Below, piece by piece: positions 45,701-57,300 of a DNA stretch of 64,000 nucleotides. The stretch spans positions 9,385,950 through 9,449,949 of the forward strand of contig NC_134026.1 in assembly GCF_964204645.1 (NCBI RefSeq). Direction: 5' to 3'. Each line of letters opens with the position of its first letter. Position 1 is the first letter of the stretch. The notes beneath the pieces were generated by a model. The model searched no databases. It had not been told where the DNA came from and was given only the letters and a program-made list of their open reading frames with translations. The position numbers and the translations under genes were made by a program. Source of the stretch: Tubulanus polymorphus (lineage: Eukaryota > Animalia > Nemertea).

Positions 45701-48700
45701 TTGTTAAATGTCTTCAGTTGTAATTAGTCATCCCCATAGAAAACACAACTCCCACAGGTAAAAATAATAGATATTTTCATTTCAAACCTTCTTCGTATCT
45801 GTAGTTATCATTGTTGTAAACGTCAGTTATCGGATTCGTCCATTCTTTTATCTCCATGTCGAGATCTTTTGCCAAAACTTTTACAGTCGCGCTTTTACCG
45901 CAACCAGCTGGTCCGGTGAGTAAAAGAATAGGACACTGAAAATTTGATAAAAAGTTATTTCACGTTCGCGGATGAGCAACACAAATTCGCAAGTTTAATT
46001 GATAACATGCACTCACGATTTTTTTCGTGCAACTTGCATGGAGCCATGCTTCAACATCGGCTATTTTCTTTTTATGCACCGCCAGTTCATCCTATATTCG
46101 ATGGTTGTAAAGAAATTAATCAATTAAATTTGGAGACACAAAAGTGACACAAGCAAGAGACTCATTCGATACTGATCATATCAGTTTGCAGCCTGGACAC
46201 GCCAGCAATTACAATCCAAAGCTGCACATCCAAAATAGGGTGGCCATTCATTTTTGATGAACCACGTATTGATAATGAAATGTCAATTTGTCACGCATTA
46301 ACATAGCATGTGCATAGCTTATATTCTGAAATCTAGACCTAGGCATATCACAACAAGGAGCCTGTTGGCTTATATAGCTCCGCTGTGTGATTCAAAGAAA
46401 CAGAAGCTGCATACCTACGGGTGCCCCCTTTTGGCCAAATCCAAAAAGGGCTATGTACTGTAGGTATTGGTCCATAGAACATTCATACCAAATTTGGACT
46501 TGATCTGATTAAAACTGTAGGACTAATAGCAATTGAAAGAAATAGAAATTCCACATAAGGGGCGCCCCTGGTGGATGAATAAAAAAAATGGCTCTGTATC
46601 TTCATAGGCCGTGGTCCATAGAATATTCATACCAAATTTGGAATTGATCTGATTAAAACTGTAGGACTAGTAGCGATTTGAAGAAATAGAAACTCCACCC
46701 AAATCCAAAAAATGGCTGTGTTTCTTTATAGGCCTAGGTCCATTGAACATTCATACTAAATTTGGAATTGATCTGATCAAAACTGTAGGACTAGTAGCGA
46801 TTTGAATAGAAACTCCACCCCCAGGGGTGCCCCCTGGGGGACAAATCCAAACTAGGGGTCCAGGGACACCATGCCCACTTGGGAAGTGGTTTCAAATGCT
46901 CAACAATCTAACAATGACCTTGAAACTCACAACAATCATAAAACATGTCAGCAGCTACGATTTTGTAATTGATTGTGATAACAAAATATGCCTCGTTACC
47001 AATTTAATATGGAAATACTAAGTTATTCTACTATTAAACGCCCCCTGGTGACCATATTGAAAACCCAATAACCTTGTAACTCACCATAATCATAGAACAT
47101 GTCATGAACTAGAACTTTGCAATTGATTGTGGTAACAAAATATGTACCGTATTTTCCGGCCAATAAGCCGAGGGCAGTTTTTTAGCCTAAAATACATGGA
47201 TTTCATAAAGCTTCGCCCAATAAGCCGAGGCCCTTCATCAGAGATTTTAATTCACTGATTTGTCAATTAGTTCGTCTTAATTGACGATTTAAGCGGCTGA
47301 CAGTAGCGCCCGCCGATGTGTGAGAGTGCTGTGTATACTATCATCGAACTTATTAAGTCGAATTTCGAGTTTTATTTTCATGTCGAATTTCGTCTTATTA
47401 AGTCGAAATTCGACTTAATTAACACGAAATTCGACTTATTACGTCGAAATTCGACTTATTATGTCGAAATTCGACTTAATAAGTCGAAATTATGAAAAAA
47501 ATTATCTCATATGTCACCTAGGGGCTTCCGTATAATTGGTAGTAAATAATGACCTCAAATAAATATCGACCACTTTTCTTGATTTTGACGATCATTGAGA
47601 GCATTAGAGTGGCATAGATCGGGAAGTGATTTTTTATGTCTGATTGTATCCGCCCAATAAGCCGATCACGATATTTTGGGTAAAAATCTGAGGCTAGAAA
47701 ATCGGCTCATTGGCCGGAAAATACGGTATTGGTACAGAAATACTAACATATTATATTATTCAACGCCCCCTGGTGGCCATATACAAAAACCAATGAACTT
47801 GAAACTCACCACAATCATAGAACACGTTATAAGCTACAACTTATTGATAATGAAATGTCAATTTGTCACGCATTAACATAGCATGTGCATAGCTTATATT
47901 CTGAAATCTAGACCTAGGCATATCACAACAAGGAGCCTGTTGGCTTATATAGCTCCGCTGTGTGATTCAAAGAAACAGAAGCTGCATACCTACGGGTGCC
48001 CCCTTTTGGCCAAATCCAAAAAGGGCTATGTACTGTAGGTATTGGTCCATAGAACATTCATACCAAATTTGGACTTGATCTGATTAAAACTGTAGGACTA
48101 ATAGCAATTGAAAGAAATAGAAATTCCACATAAGGGGCGCCCCTGGTGGATGAATAAAAAAAATGGCTCTGTATCTTCATAGGCCGTGGTCCATAGAATA
48201 TTCATACCAAATTTGGAATTGATCTGATTAAAACTGTAGGACTAGTAGCGATTTGAAGAAATAGAAACTCCACCCAAATCCAAAAAATGGCTGTGTTTCT
48301 TTATAGGCCTAGGTCCATTGAACATTCATACTAAATTTGGAATTGATCTGATCAAAACTGTAGGACTAGTAGCGATTTGAATAGAAACTCCACCCCCAGG
48401 GGTGCCCCCTGGGGGACAAATCCAAACTAGGGGTCCAGGGACACCATGCCCACTTGGGAAGTGGTTTCAAATGCTCAACAATCTAACAATGACCTTGAAA
48501 CTCACAACAATCATAAAACATGTCAGCAGCTACGATTTTGTAATTGATTGTGATAACAAAATATGCCTCGTTACCAATTTAATATGGAAATACTAAGTTA
48601 TTCTACTATTAAACGCCCCCTGGTGACCATATTGAAAACCCAATAACCTTGTAACTCACCATAATCATAGAACATGTCATGAACTAGAACTTTGCAATTG

Positions 48701-51426
48701 ATTGTGGTAACAAAATATGTACCGTATTTTCCGGCCAATAAGCCGAGGGCAGTTTTTTAGCCTAAAATACATGGATTTCATAAAGCTTCGCCCAATAAGC
48801 CGAGGCCCTTCATCAGAGATTTTAATTCACTGATTTGTCAATTAGTTCGTCTTAATTGACGATTTAAGAGGCTGACAGTAGCGCCCGCCGATGTGTGAGA
48901 GTGCTGTGTATACTATCATCGAACTTATTAAGTCGAATTTCGAGTTTTATTTTCATGTCGAATTTCGTCTTATTAAGTCGAAATTCGACTTAATTAACAC
49001 GAAATTCGACTTATTACGTCGAAATTCGACTTATTATGTCGAAATTCGACTTAATAAGTCGAAATTATGAAAAAAATTATCTCATATGTCACCTAGGGGC
49101 TTCCGTATAATTGGTAGTAAATAATGACCTCAAATAAATATCGACCACTTTTCTTGATTTTGACGATCATTGAGAGCATTAGAGTGGCATAGATCGGGAA
49201 GTGATTTTTTATGTCTGATTGTATCCGCCCAATAAGCCGATCACGATATTTTGGGTAAAAATCTGAGGCTAGAAAATCGGCTCATTGGCCGGAAAATACG
49301 GTATTGGTACAGAAATACTAACATATTATATTATTCAACGCCCCCTGGTGGCCATATACAAAAACCAATGAACTTGAAACTCACCACAATCATAGAACAC
49401 GTTATAAGCTACAACTTTCTAATTCATTGTTGTAACAAAATATGCTTAGGTATCAATATAATGTCGAAAAACTTTTTCCCACCTACGAATGAGTACTAAT
49501 GACACCAAGATGGCCGCCAATGGCGTCATAATTGGCCGATCAAAAATACCTGTCTCAGGTATAGAACATCCCTTTCCAAAGAATACCCATCAGCAATTGC
49601 AATGAGAAATGGCTAACCAGTAGGAAGCTACAGGACTCAGAATTTGGGCCAAAATTAACATTTTTGGGCACTTAAAAAGGTCCTAGGACGACCATCTTGA
49701 GTCCGATCGACCCAATTTTTGTTATGCTGATGGGCCCTGGGGGTGTTCAAATATGTATGAAAGATCAAGGTAATTGATCAAGGCGTCTTCAAAATTTCCC
49801 TCAAAAAGTTCAAAAACGTGTAAAAAGTGCTGATTTTGGCGAACACCAATGGCTGCCAGTCGGCCATCTTGATTCTGACAGGGCCAGTTTTTAGGCTGAA
49901 GATGTGTCTAGGGTAGATACATGTATAAACCAAATATCAAGACATTACTTTGAAGCATCTTCAAAACTTCCCTAAATAACTGGATTCCGTCTACGGACGG
50001 ACGAAAAGTGAACGCAATAGCCCGCTGGGACTAAAGTCCCAAAAATGGCTCTGTAACTTTATAGGCCTAGGTCCATAGAACATTCATACCAAATTTGGAA
50101 TTGATCTGATCAAAACTGTAGGACTAGTAGCGATTTGAATAAATAGAAATTCCACCCCTGCCCCTGGGGGACGAATCCAAAAACAGGCTCTGCAACTTTA
50201 TAGGCCTTGGTCCATAGAACATTCATGCCAAATTTAGAATAGATCTGATTAAAACTGTAGGACTAGTAGCGATTTGAAGAAAAAGTGGACAGAGGCACAA
50301 ACGAACGAACGAACGAACTAACAAACGGACAACGGCTCACCCCCTAACCGACGGCTCACGCCCTGACCTTCGGTCACAGCGGAGCTAAAAAAGAGGATCG
50401 AAATCTTTTGACAGAAACTTTTCATGAATTTTCATAGGCCTACAAATGTCATGATTTTTCAGTTTTCCACATTCTTTTCGAAAGATATCCATTTCATACA
50501 TTTTTTTCACATTTTGGCATCAATCTGACCCCTTAATATTTTCAGAAAATTTCCAAGCTGTCACACCACCCGCTGTATGATGTTATGATCTGTAATCAGT
50601 TGATCTACCTTTATTCCTATTCAATTCGTCCAGATTTTTCAATTCAGAAATAAGATTACAGTGGAACCTTGTTGTGACAAACTCACAATTCATCGGATAA
50701 AATGAATATAGAATTTTCGCCCTTAGACAATCTAGTTAACTTCAAACTGGATACGGGCCTAACGAACTTTGGTTATAACACGAACATTTTCTGGTCGCGT
50801 GAACTACGCTGTAATGAGGTTCCACTGTATTTACGATCTTGATTTTGTCAGCCAGCAGCCATTGTTTACTCACTATATTCGCTCATGTAATGCTGAAAAA
50901 CCTGCTCCTGCACGGAGACATACCTATGATGTCAACTAGGCTATAGACTGTGGAAGCCGTTTACGCGCAAATCTAAATAACAACACAGTCACTTGAATAC
51001 CGGTAACAAATAGGGCCTATGACATCTATTCTTACCTGACAGTTTGGTGTATATTTATCGGCCCAAAGATCCTCATCTGCGATGCCACAACGCCTTTCAA
51101 CTTTGATTTTTTTCTTTGCACCACCGCCACCACCGCATCGAACGTTTTCACGCAAACGTTTTTTCGTTTTAGCTTCGTTTAAACTTGACTTTTCCGTTTG
51201 ACTGCAATTTCCGAAATCATCGAAACCATCGAATGCCGATGACACCCATTCAGAGGCTTTCTGAAAAATGACACTTGACGGAATAAAATATGATTTACCC
51301 TTTTCAAAAAGTAGCCGGTTTATGGCAGATGGGAACGAATATTTGCGTCGAAACTTTAAAATTTAAGACAGTATCGAAGTAGATGACAACCCTTCTTAAA
51401 ACAAATATCTAGATGTAATTTACCAT
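36742..51426 (-). CDS. RAD17: Cell cycle checkpoint protein RAD17 (9-1-1 clamp loader), 624 aa
   Basis: 17 coding exons: 51426-51424 (ATG only), 51260-51036, 46091-46017, 45935-45788, 45127-44973, 43732-43680, 43562-43437, 42917-42848, 42650-42539, 42067-41879, 41241-41153, 41065-40919, 40107-39958, 38932-38893, 37755-37675, 37495-37447, 36904-36742 (1,875 nt total). Motifs: EWVSSAFD, LWADKYTP, ELAVHKKKI, Walker A GPAGCGKS, ANKYRSL (KYxxL), LILIEEYP, FNPVAPT, GDIRGAIN, LFLFRALGKILYCK, LHENY, acidic tail VIIDDFDD. Confidence 0.95.
39127..39910 (-). mobile_element. Degenerate B-family copy in a RAD17 intron, with an unrelated insert (about 39300-39760)
   Basis: Termini ACTAGGGTCCAAGAACACCATGCTCACTTGG and CCAAGTGGGCTAAAA; gatgtgtctagggtag block. 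Further B fragments lie at about 26960-27190 and 44005-44450. Confidence 0.6.
47147..47726. mobile_element. Tc1/mariner-type (Tc2/pogo-like) MITE 'C' nested in B; second copy at 48722-49301
   Basis: 25-bp TIR CCGTATTTTCCGGCCAATAAGCCGA / TCGGCTCATTGGCCGGAAAATACGG (1 mismatch), with TA on both sides. Confidence 0.8.
47347..47533. repeat. 21-bp palindromic minisatellite (AAGTCGAAATTCGACTTATTA)n inside MITE C; second copy near 48922-49108
   Basis: About 6-7 degenerate units, each an inverted repeat AAGTCGAA-A-TTCGACTT, followed by a terminus-like ...CACCTAGGGGCTTCCGTA. Confidence 0.75.
50659..50827. mobile_element. Pogo/Tigger-like MITE
   Basis: TA|CAGTGGAACCT ... AGGTTCCACTG|TA. Confidence 0.7.
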
Positions 51427-51429
51427 ATT

Positions 51430-52021
51430 AGCATGTCATGTATCGTACAGATGATTTTCAACGTAATATTCCACACGAAAGTCGCTAAATGAGACCAGAA
51501 ACAGCCATATAAATAGACACGGTCTAACCGGCGAAAGTTGATGATACCTCATCACCTGCTCATTCGTAGACGGCATAGATCGGGGTATCCCGCCGTATGA
51601 CGGCATCATTCCAAGGGAACCCGGAAATACTGGATGAATTGATAAACACTGATTTGTGCTTGAACACGACAAAAAATGACAAAAACCTCTGAAAATAGGT
51701 ATGTTCAGGATTCGATTTATGCCATACAAATTTGTCACATTATTGGTTAGGGTGAAACAAGTAAAATAGAGAGACAGGGCGGGACAGCCAGCCTGCATCT
51801 CACCCCGGTCCAGCAGTTCAGTAGTGCAGTACTCAGTCAGTGCAGTGCCAGACGAGCGGCAGCAGTAGTGTCTTGTCTCTACCACAACAGACAGAAAGAT
51901 ATCTCTGTTGCTCTACCGTAATGATCCTAACCATCTGTGGTACATCAGACACAAAGATTCTTGGTGAAGTTGCACCCTGAATTAAAAAGAACACGCATTG
52001 CCAATTGGCATGGTATGGATG
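51430..52021. promoter_or_regulatory. Divergent promoter and first exons of RAD17 and ATG4D
   Basis: The RAD17 ATG is at 51426 (-). A GC-richer stretch at 51770-51890 includes GGGCGGGA, and a + strand donor G|GTAAAT at 52021/52022 could splice to the ATG4D acceptor at 54252-54253. Confidence 0.55.
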
Positions 52022-52454
52022 GTAAATTTTGCGAGAACAGAATTGTGGTAATGTCTATTTATCAATTGATGAGACCTGTTTTTCTGGGATATGTTGCTTT
52101 CTTTTTGGGGTACATAGGCCTACCTCATTTATGTCAACAGAATGCCAAAAATCGCGGACAACAACTGAATATCCGATATTATTCCAGTTCTGTACCAATT
52201 AGAAGGATTGCTAAAAAGTCTCCTTTAATTCAGTTGAATAGGAGAGAAAATCCTCCATTTTGTTAAATTTCTTGGATTTGAACATTGTTCCACTATGTTC
52301 TTTATATTGTTGTAATAGTGTTGCAAATCTAGCCGGTGTAGTTCATTCATAGAATTTGTATTTTTATTCTATGGTTCATTGTTATCACTGTAGGCTTACT
52401 AAGCAACTAGAACAATATCCATCTTCGATGGGTTGGAAATTTATGGGCTCCTTT

Positions 52455-53348
52455 TATGCAGCTATCAATCTGCTGTCTGTACCCACCTCAGAGGATAGAC
52501 GTCGACCTTGTCGATGCCTTGACGATCAGTTTTTGTAAGGATGGCAAAAGCCTGTCGATAACATGCGTAAGGATGGGTTGTTTGGATGTCGAATGTCTAG
52601 CATTATGAACTAGGGCAGAATGGTGAATGTCTGTCGATATATCGCCATTGAAATGACGATCTGTCTGTGTGATTTTAAGATAGTGTCAATGATATTTTTT
52701 AAATTAAATTATGAACAGGATTCGAACCGTACATAAACGTGATAACTATGGTACTAGGCCTATGGATTTCTGAAAAATATTCAGTTACGCAAATGAGTGT
52801 GAAGTTTGCAATTGTATCAAATTAGGTATTTTACCACCTGCCCTTCATCCTATAAATACAAGAAACATTCGGTATCTTTCATCATCTCATCACTGCGAAC
52901 AAAATAAACCTCAGTCAAGTGAGAAAGCTGAAGAGCGCTTCTGTGTTTGAAATAACTTCATTCAGATGGACATAATACAATATGAGGCCAAATGATTAAA
53001 TCTTTATTGGCCAAATTGACAACTTATGTTTCTATTGTCCCTCTTGCAAGTACCACAACAAAATGTAAACTTGTCCATGTCCATCTCATATGAATTTTCA
53101 CAATAATTATCCAATTTGTCCAAATTGAATAATCTGAGGGTTGCATTTCAAACTTTATAACAGTCTGAACGATGGTCTGGCGATGTCTCTCCTTGATATT
53201 GATGTTAGTGATAGGCTGTCTATGGCTTGTGCCTGAAATCCTCGGCATATTGGTGATATCGAAGTCTTGACGATCAGTTTTTAAGGATAGCGATAGCCTG
53301 TCCATTCTCTGAGGGGGGTGGGTACAGAAAGCATATTGACAGCTGCAT
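52455..53348. mobile_element. About 0.9-kb IR-bounded non-autonomous element in ATG4D intron 1
   Basis: Imperfect ~45-bp IR ATGCAGCTATCAATCTGCTGTCTGTACCCACC-TCAGAG / CTCTGAGGGGGGTGGGTACAGAAAGCATATTGACAGCTGCAT. A shorter relative lies at about 34108-34330. Confidence 0.6.
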
Positions 53349-54354
53349 TAATGTCAACCTAATAAAATCCCGATTGAAAGCAATGTTCCTACCAGAAGCC
53401 TGGAGAATGTCTAACCATTTCTCGACATGCCCCTCTATTCCTGGATCCTTGATCTATGCCTAACACTAAATATTTGTTTACAAAGATTGCTCACCCAGTA
53501 CTGAGAGTGACTGGTTCGTGTGTCTGGTATACCCCCCTGAATTTGGATAGGCTCCTTAAATGTCAGCCTAATAAATCCCAATTGACCTTTCTGATTAAAA
53601 TTCAAGCAATGTTTCCTCCCTCCCATACGCCTGGAGTTATCCCTTTCTCGACATGCCCTTCATCAAGCAATGAAATGAAATTAGACCCTGAATCCTCATA
53701 AAATAGTTATCTTCACCATGAGAAACCATTCCTCCGTGTACATGCCAAGTTTCATGACCAAACAACAAATAGATTTCACTCAAACTGGTTATGAAAAACA
53801 ACAGTTTCCCCTTTATAGTAGGCCTATAGATATGAGTAATCAAGGCCACCTTATAATGAGCCTATTTCAAGACCAATTTAATCTCAGTTCTACTCAACAC
53901 CAGTCTTACGATTTTTGACCATAGGTAGTTAAGTTAAGACTGTGCAACTGGGCCCACTGATGCTCATTAATGCTGTCTAGCCTAATGCCAGATAAACATT
54001 AACCTGTCTGGTTTAGTTTCACGATTGGATATTTTCACAACGAAGCCTTCAGATTGTAAAAGCTTGCAACCAATTAGGCCACTATAAGTAAAGTAGCTGA
54101 CAGCTTGGTCAGGCTCAAGTAAACTAAAATAGGCTTTCTTTGAAATTTGCTTTGAAATTTGTCTTGTCTCACCCACTCCCTAAACGAATTGTAAGAAATT
54201 GTGACAATTTCAGTTCCACTAACTAGCTTAATTCAGGAAGATTTTCTTTTCAGGTTTGTGGTGATACTGGAATGGAAGTCAAATTGAAATGTTGGTCAGA
54301 ATCAAGAAAATTCATTCTTGTTGAGAGTGAAAGGAGAAAATCATAGTTAGGAAG

Positions 54355-57300
54355 ATGGAGGTGTCCACTTCAAATTCGGCGTCGCCTATGACGAGCAGTA
54401 GTCCTATAGCTTGTCATGATGTGCCCATGCCAATCTATAAGCCTCATCGCCGCAACAGTTCAGAACGGAGAATGACAGGGAGTCGACTTTCGATGACATC
54501 GAGTTCTACGATTCCCGAAAATGATATTTTCGATCCTTGTTTCAATCATATAGACGTCGGGTCATCACTTTCCGTCGACGGATTCATAAATGTAAACCTG
54601 CCGAGTTATCACGATCTCGGGTATGGCGGTAGCCACCTCGCTTCGGCTGAGAAAATACCGTCGAATGGCAATCATCAGCACGGCCACAACGCCACGAGTG
54701 AAACGTCATTGAATCATCATCATCAACACCTAGTCTATCCTTCATCTTTGCTGCAGAATAAAACTGATCAAGGTGCTGTAACCGCCCGTCAAAAAGTACC
54801 GTCGATATCCGACGCGATTTCTTTGCGATCATGGAGCGAATTGAGCAGCGATCAAAATGAGCTATCGACGACGACCGATTCGAATCCGCCGACTTCACCG
54901 ATGAAAATTCTGTCGAATAGACTGTTTTCCGGGTTCATGGCAGCGACAAAACCAACTGATCCGAGTCAAGGTGTCTTCTCCAGCGGGAGAAGTGGTGCTA
55001 CGCCATCGAAATCTAGGCCTACAAGTAACTGTACCGATGATAAGGTAGAGAACAATACGGCGAAGAATCCATTTACGAATTGGATGAAGAGTCCTAGCCG
55101 GCAGGCGCAAAAACCGGCGCCTAGCAATCGATTGCAGCCGAAACTATCGATAACATCTTCTGCGCAACGTGAGGTTTCTAGTTACGATGATTCGGATGAT
55201 TTGGTAAATCCAGATAAAGTAAAAACGAAGTTACTGTCTATGTGGAATAATGTTAAATATGGTAAGAGTTGCTTCGTGTGGTTCCCAAAGTAGTGGGAAA
55301 TGGAGGAAACGTTGCAATTTAAAAACAATATTTCACAAACTGGCAATTTGATTTTCCTCTTATGCAAGAAATATTTTTTAAATCAATTCTGCACGTTCTG
55401 TAACGAAGTTTTAGGGTGTCATTTGCTAGTTCTAGGGAACCTTCTTCAGCAATTTTTCTCAAAATTCAATTACAGTAGATCAACCATGGGCTTTAGTCAA
55501 TAGATCAACTAGTTACTTCTAAAATGTTGATGTCCTTATAGTGTCCTATCTTAAATCGATAATTATTTTCTTATTGTGAACCGATGCCATTTAAGTTAAG
55601 CCCTCGAAATAAGATCAAGTCAATCCTTTATTGCACAGTAAACGCTTCTGCCTAATTTTACAATTTATTTACCAAAAAATATAATCCCGGGGTACCCCTT
55701 CCATTACCAACTTTTTGGAACATCGCTATGTGCGCATGTGCACCAATGCAATAATAAAATTTGGCTCCGCGTCATTGAAAATGCTATAGTCCTTGTGAAT
55801 AAAATTAAAGTAGATGAAAATTGATTAAAAAATCGTCGAAGTGCTGATAGATTCATGTTGTGGCTGTCTTTCTGTGTCGAATGGACTAATTTTGAACAAT
55901 ATCTAACGCATTCTACACTTTTACACTTGATTATGAAAAAGGGACAGAAATCCTTTCACATTTGCAAGAAACCCATGAAATTTCATGCTTTCGGTATTAT
56001 TCAAAGACAATAGAGGATGATAGAGTTAAAGTGCTTATAGATTCTGTAAATATAAGATATTTTTTACCAATCCCCGCTGAAATTGAGAAAATCAAGATAA
56101 TTTTCATCATTTACATTTAATCGCGAACTTGAGACAAATTTGAGAGTTGGCCCGAGGATAGCTCGCGCTGTATTATATATAATCTACTCAAAGACAGCAG
56201 ATTCCGTTTATCATATCTTATATGAATGAAAACCTTTCCAACAAGTTTCTCGCTGATTGTGATGGTCTATCTTGAAAAATAAAAAAGTTTTACACTGGTG
56301 AATATTTTCAAGTCACATTTTTTATCTAAAATGTGACTTAAAAAACAATCACTCTAATTTGAAAATAAGGGACCATTGTTGCTATGTTACAAGGTCCGCA
56401 ACAATTGAAAACAAATCAATGGCAGTCTGTGCAGCGGCCAGATATTACACTATTATGACGGAAATAGTTGGTAATGTTACCTTTCTTTAAACCTTACTAT
56501 CTTCAAATTGTAGGTTGGACTGTCAAGTTGAAAACAAACTTCAATGAAAACGCCCCGTTATTTCTGTTAGGCCGGTGTTATCACCGGAAAATTGACGGTA
56601 AGCCATCATATTTCTGAATCATTAGAATTTGTGATTTCGAAGTGAAGCATGATTGATTATTCAATTTCAGAGTCTCAATCAAATGACCACAGAGTTTCAA
56701 GTTTAGAACAGTTCAGACAAGATTTCAGTAGTCGTTTATGGTTCACATATCGTCGTGAATTCCCACAGCTTACGGGTTCGACTCTAACGACTGATTGTGG
56801 CTGGGGCTGCATGCTACGTAGTGGACAAATGATGCTCGCTCAGGCCCTTATCTTGCATTTTTTAGGAAGAGGTAAAATAATAATAGCCGCATTCACACTA
56901 TTACTAGTTATTCCTTTCCTAATTTGGCCTGTAGTCCTACCTAGAGCGGACCAATTTAGAAGAGACCAAATCAATGCTGTACGTTCATAGATGTTTTAGA
57001 TCAGCTATTATCAGTGGTCCAGCTAGACACAATACTGTGATTGACAGCAATTAATGCAATGTCTCTTTTCACACAGAGAAAGGGTCCATTCTAAAATTTA
57101 GAATGCCCTTGGATTGGTCTTAATGCTCAGTTTAAATTGGACCGTATTAAAAAGAAACAGAGGTTTTGCTATTGTGAACACTTTTCCATTCTATGAATTG
57201 TGAATGTGGCTTAAATCTAGTACTAATTTTGGTTTTGGTCCATCCAGCCTAATAAACAACTTGCATGCAACATTGTTAACTATTCTTATTTTTGATCATC

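Larger units (their letters stand above)
46267..49417 (+). repeat. Near-perfect 1,575-bp direct tandem duplication in RAD17 intron 2
   Basis: Unit 1 is 46267-47841 and unit 2 is 47842-49416. The ORF track repeats at a 1,575 offset (46827/48402, 47676/49251). I saw one substitution (aagCggctg near 47294 vs aagAggctg near 48869). Confidence 0.95.
46851..50045 (-). mobile_element. HINE-like element 'B' inserted into element A
   Basis: One end is ACTAGGGGTCCAGGGACACCATGCCCACTTGG (hairpin plus CTAGT on the - strand); the other is AGCCCGCTGGGACTAAAGTCCC. It has internal ~120-bp repeats and sits in the A-run of an A unit (ccaaa|aaatggctc). Homologous copies occur elsewhere in the window. Confidence 0.7.
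46352..50392 (-). mobile_element. Non-autonomous Helentron/HINE-like element 'A' (outer element of the nest)
   Basis: 13-bp subterminal IR TAGCTCCGCTGTG (about 46375) / CACAGCGGAGCTA (about 50375); hairpin TGACC-TTC-GGTCA near 50364; (ACGA)n microsatellite near 50300; internal ~120-130 bp tandem units (ccatagaacattcataccaaatttggaattgatctgat...); ends in an A/T run with no TSD. Confidence 0.7.

Noticed and set aside
46440-46850. Regularly spaced ~120-bp repeats with variable linkers resembling a repeat-spacer array (also 50041-50285 and 59390-59940)
   Set aside because: The linkers are homologous to each other; these are the internal tandem cores of HINE-like elements.
47347-47492. CRISPR-like palindromic direct repeats
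   Set aside because: The units are contiguous with no unique spacers, there are no cas genes, and the array sits inside a MITE in a eukaryotic intron.
46827-49499. Duplicated short ORFs (MPPGGQIQ..., MGKNLRLE...) as a tandem gene pair
   Set aside because: They have non-ATG starts, cross element junctions, and are duplicated only because of the 1,575-bp repeat.
51436-51885. 149-aa minus-strand ORF upstream of RAD17
   Set aside because: GTG start, no recognisable motif, spans the putative promoter, and stops before the RAD17 ATG.
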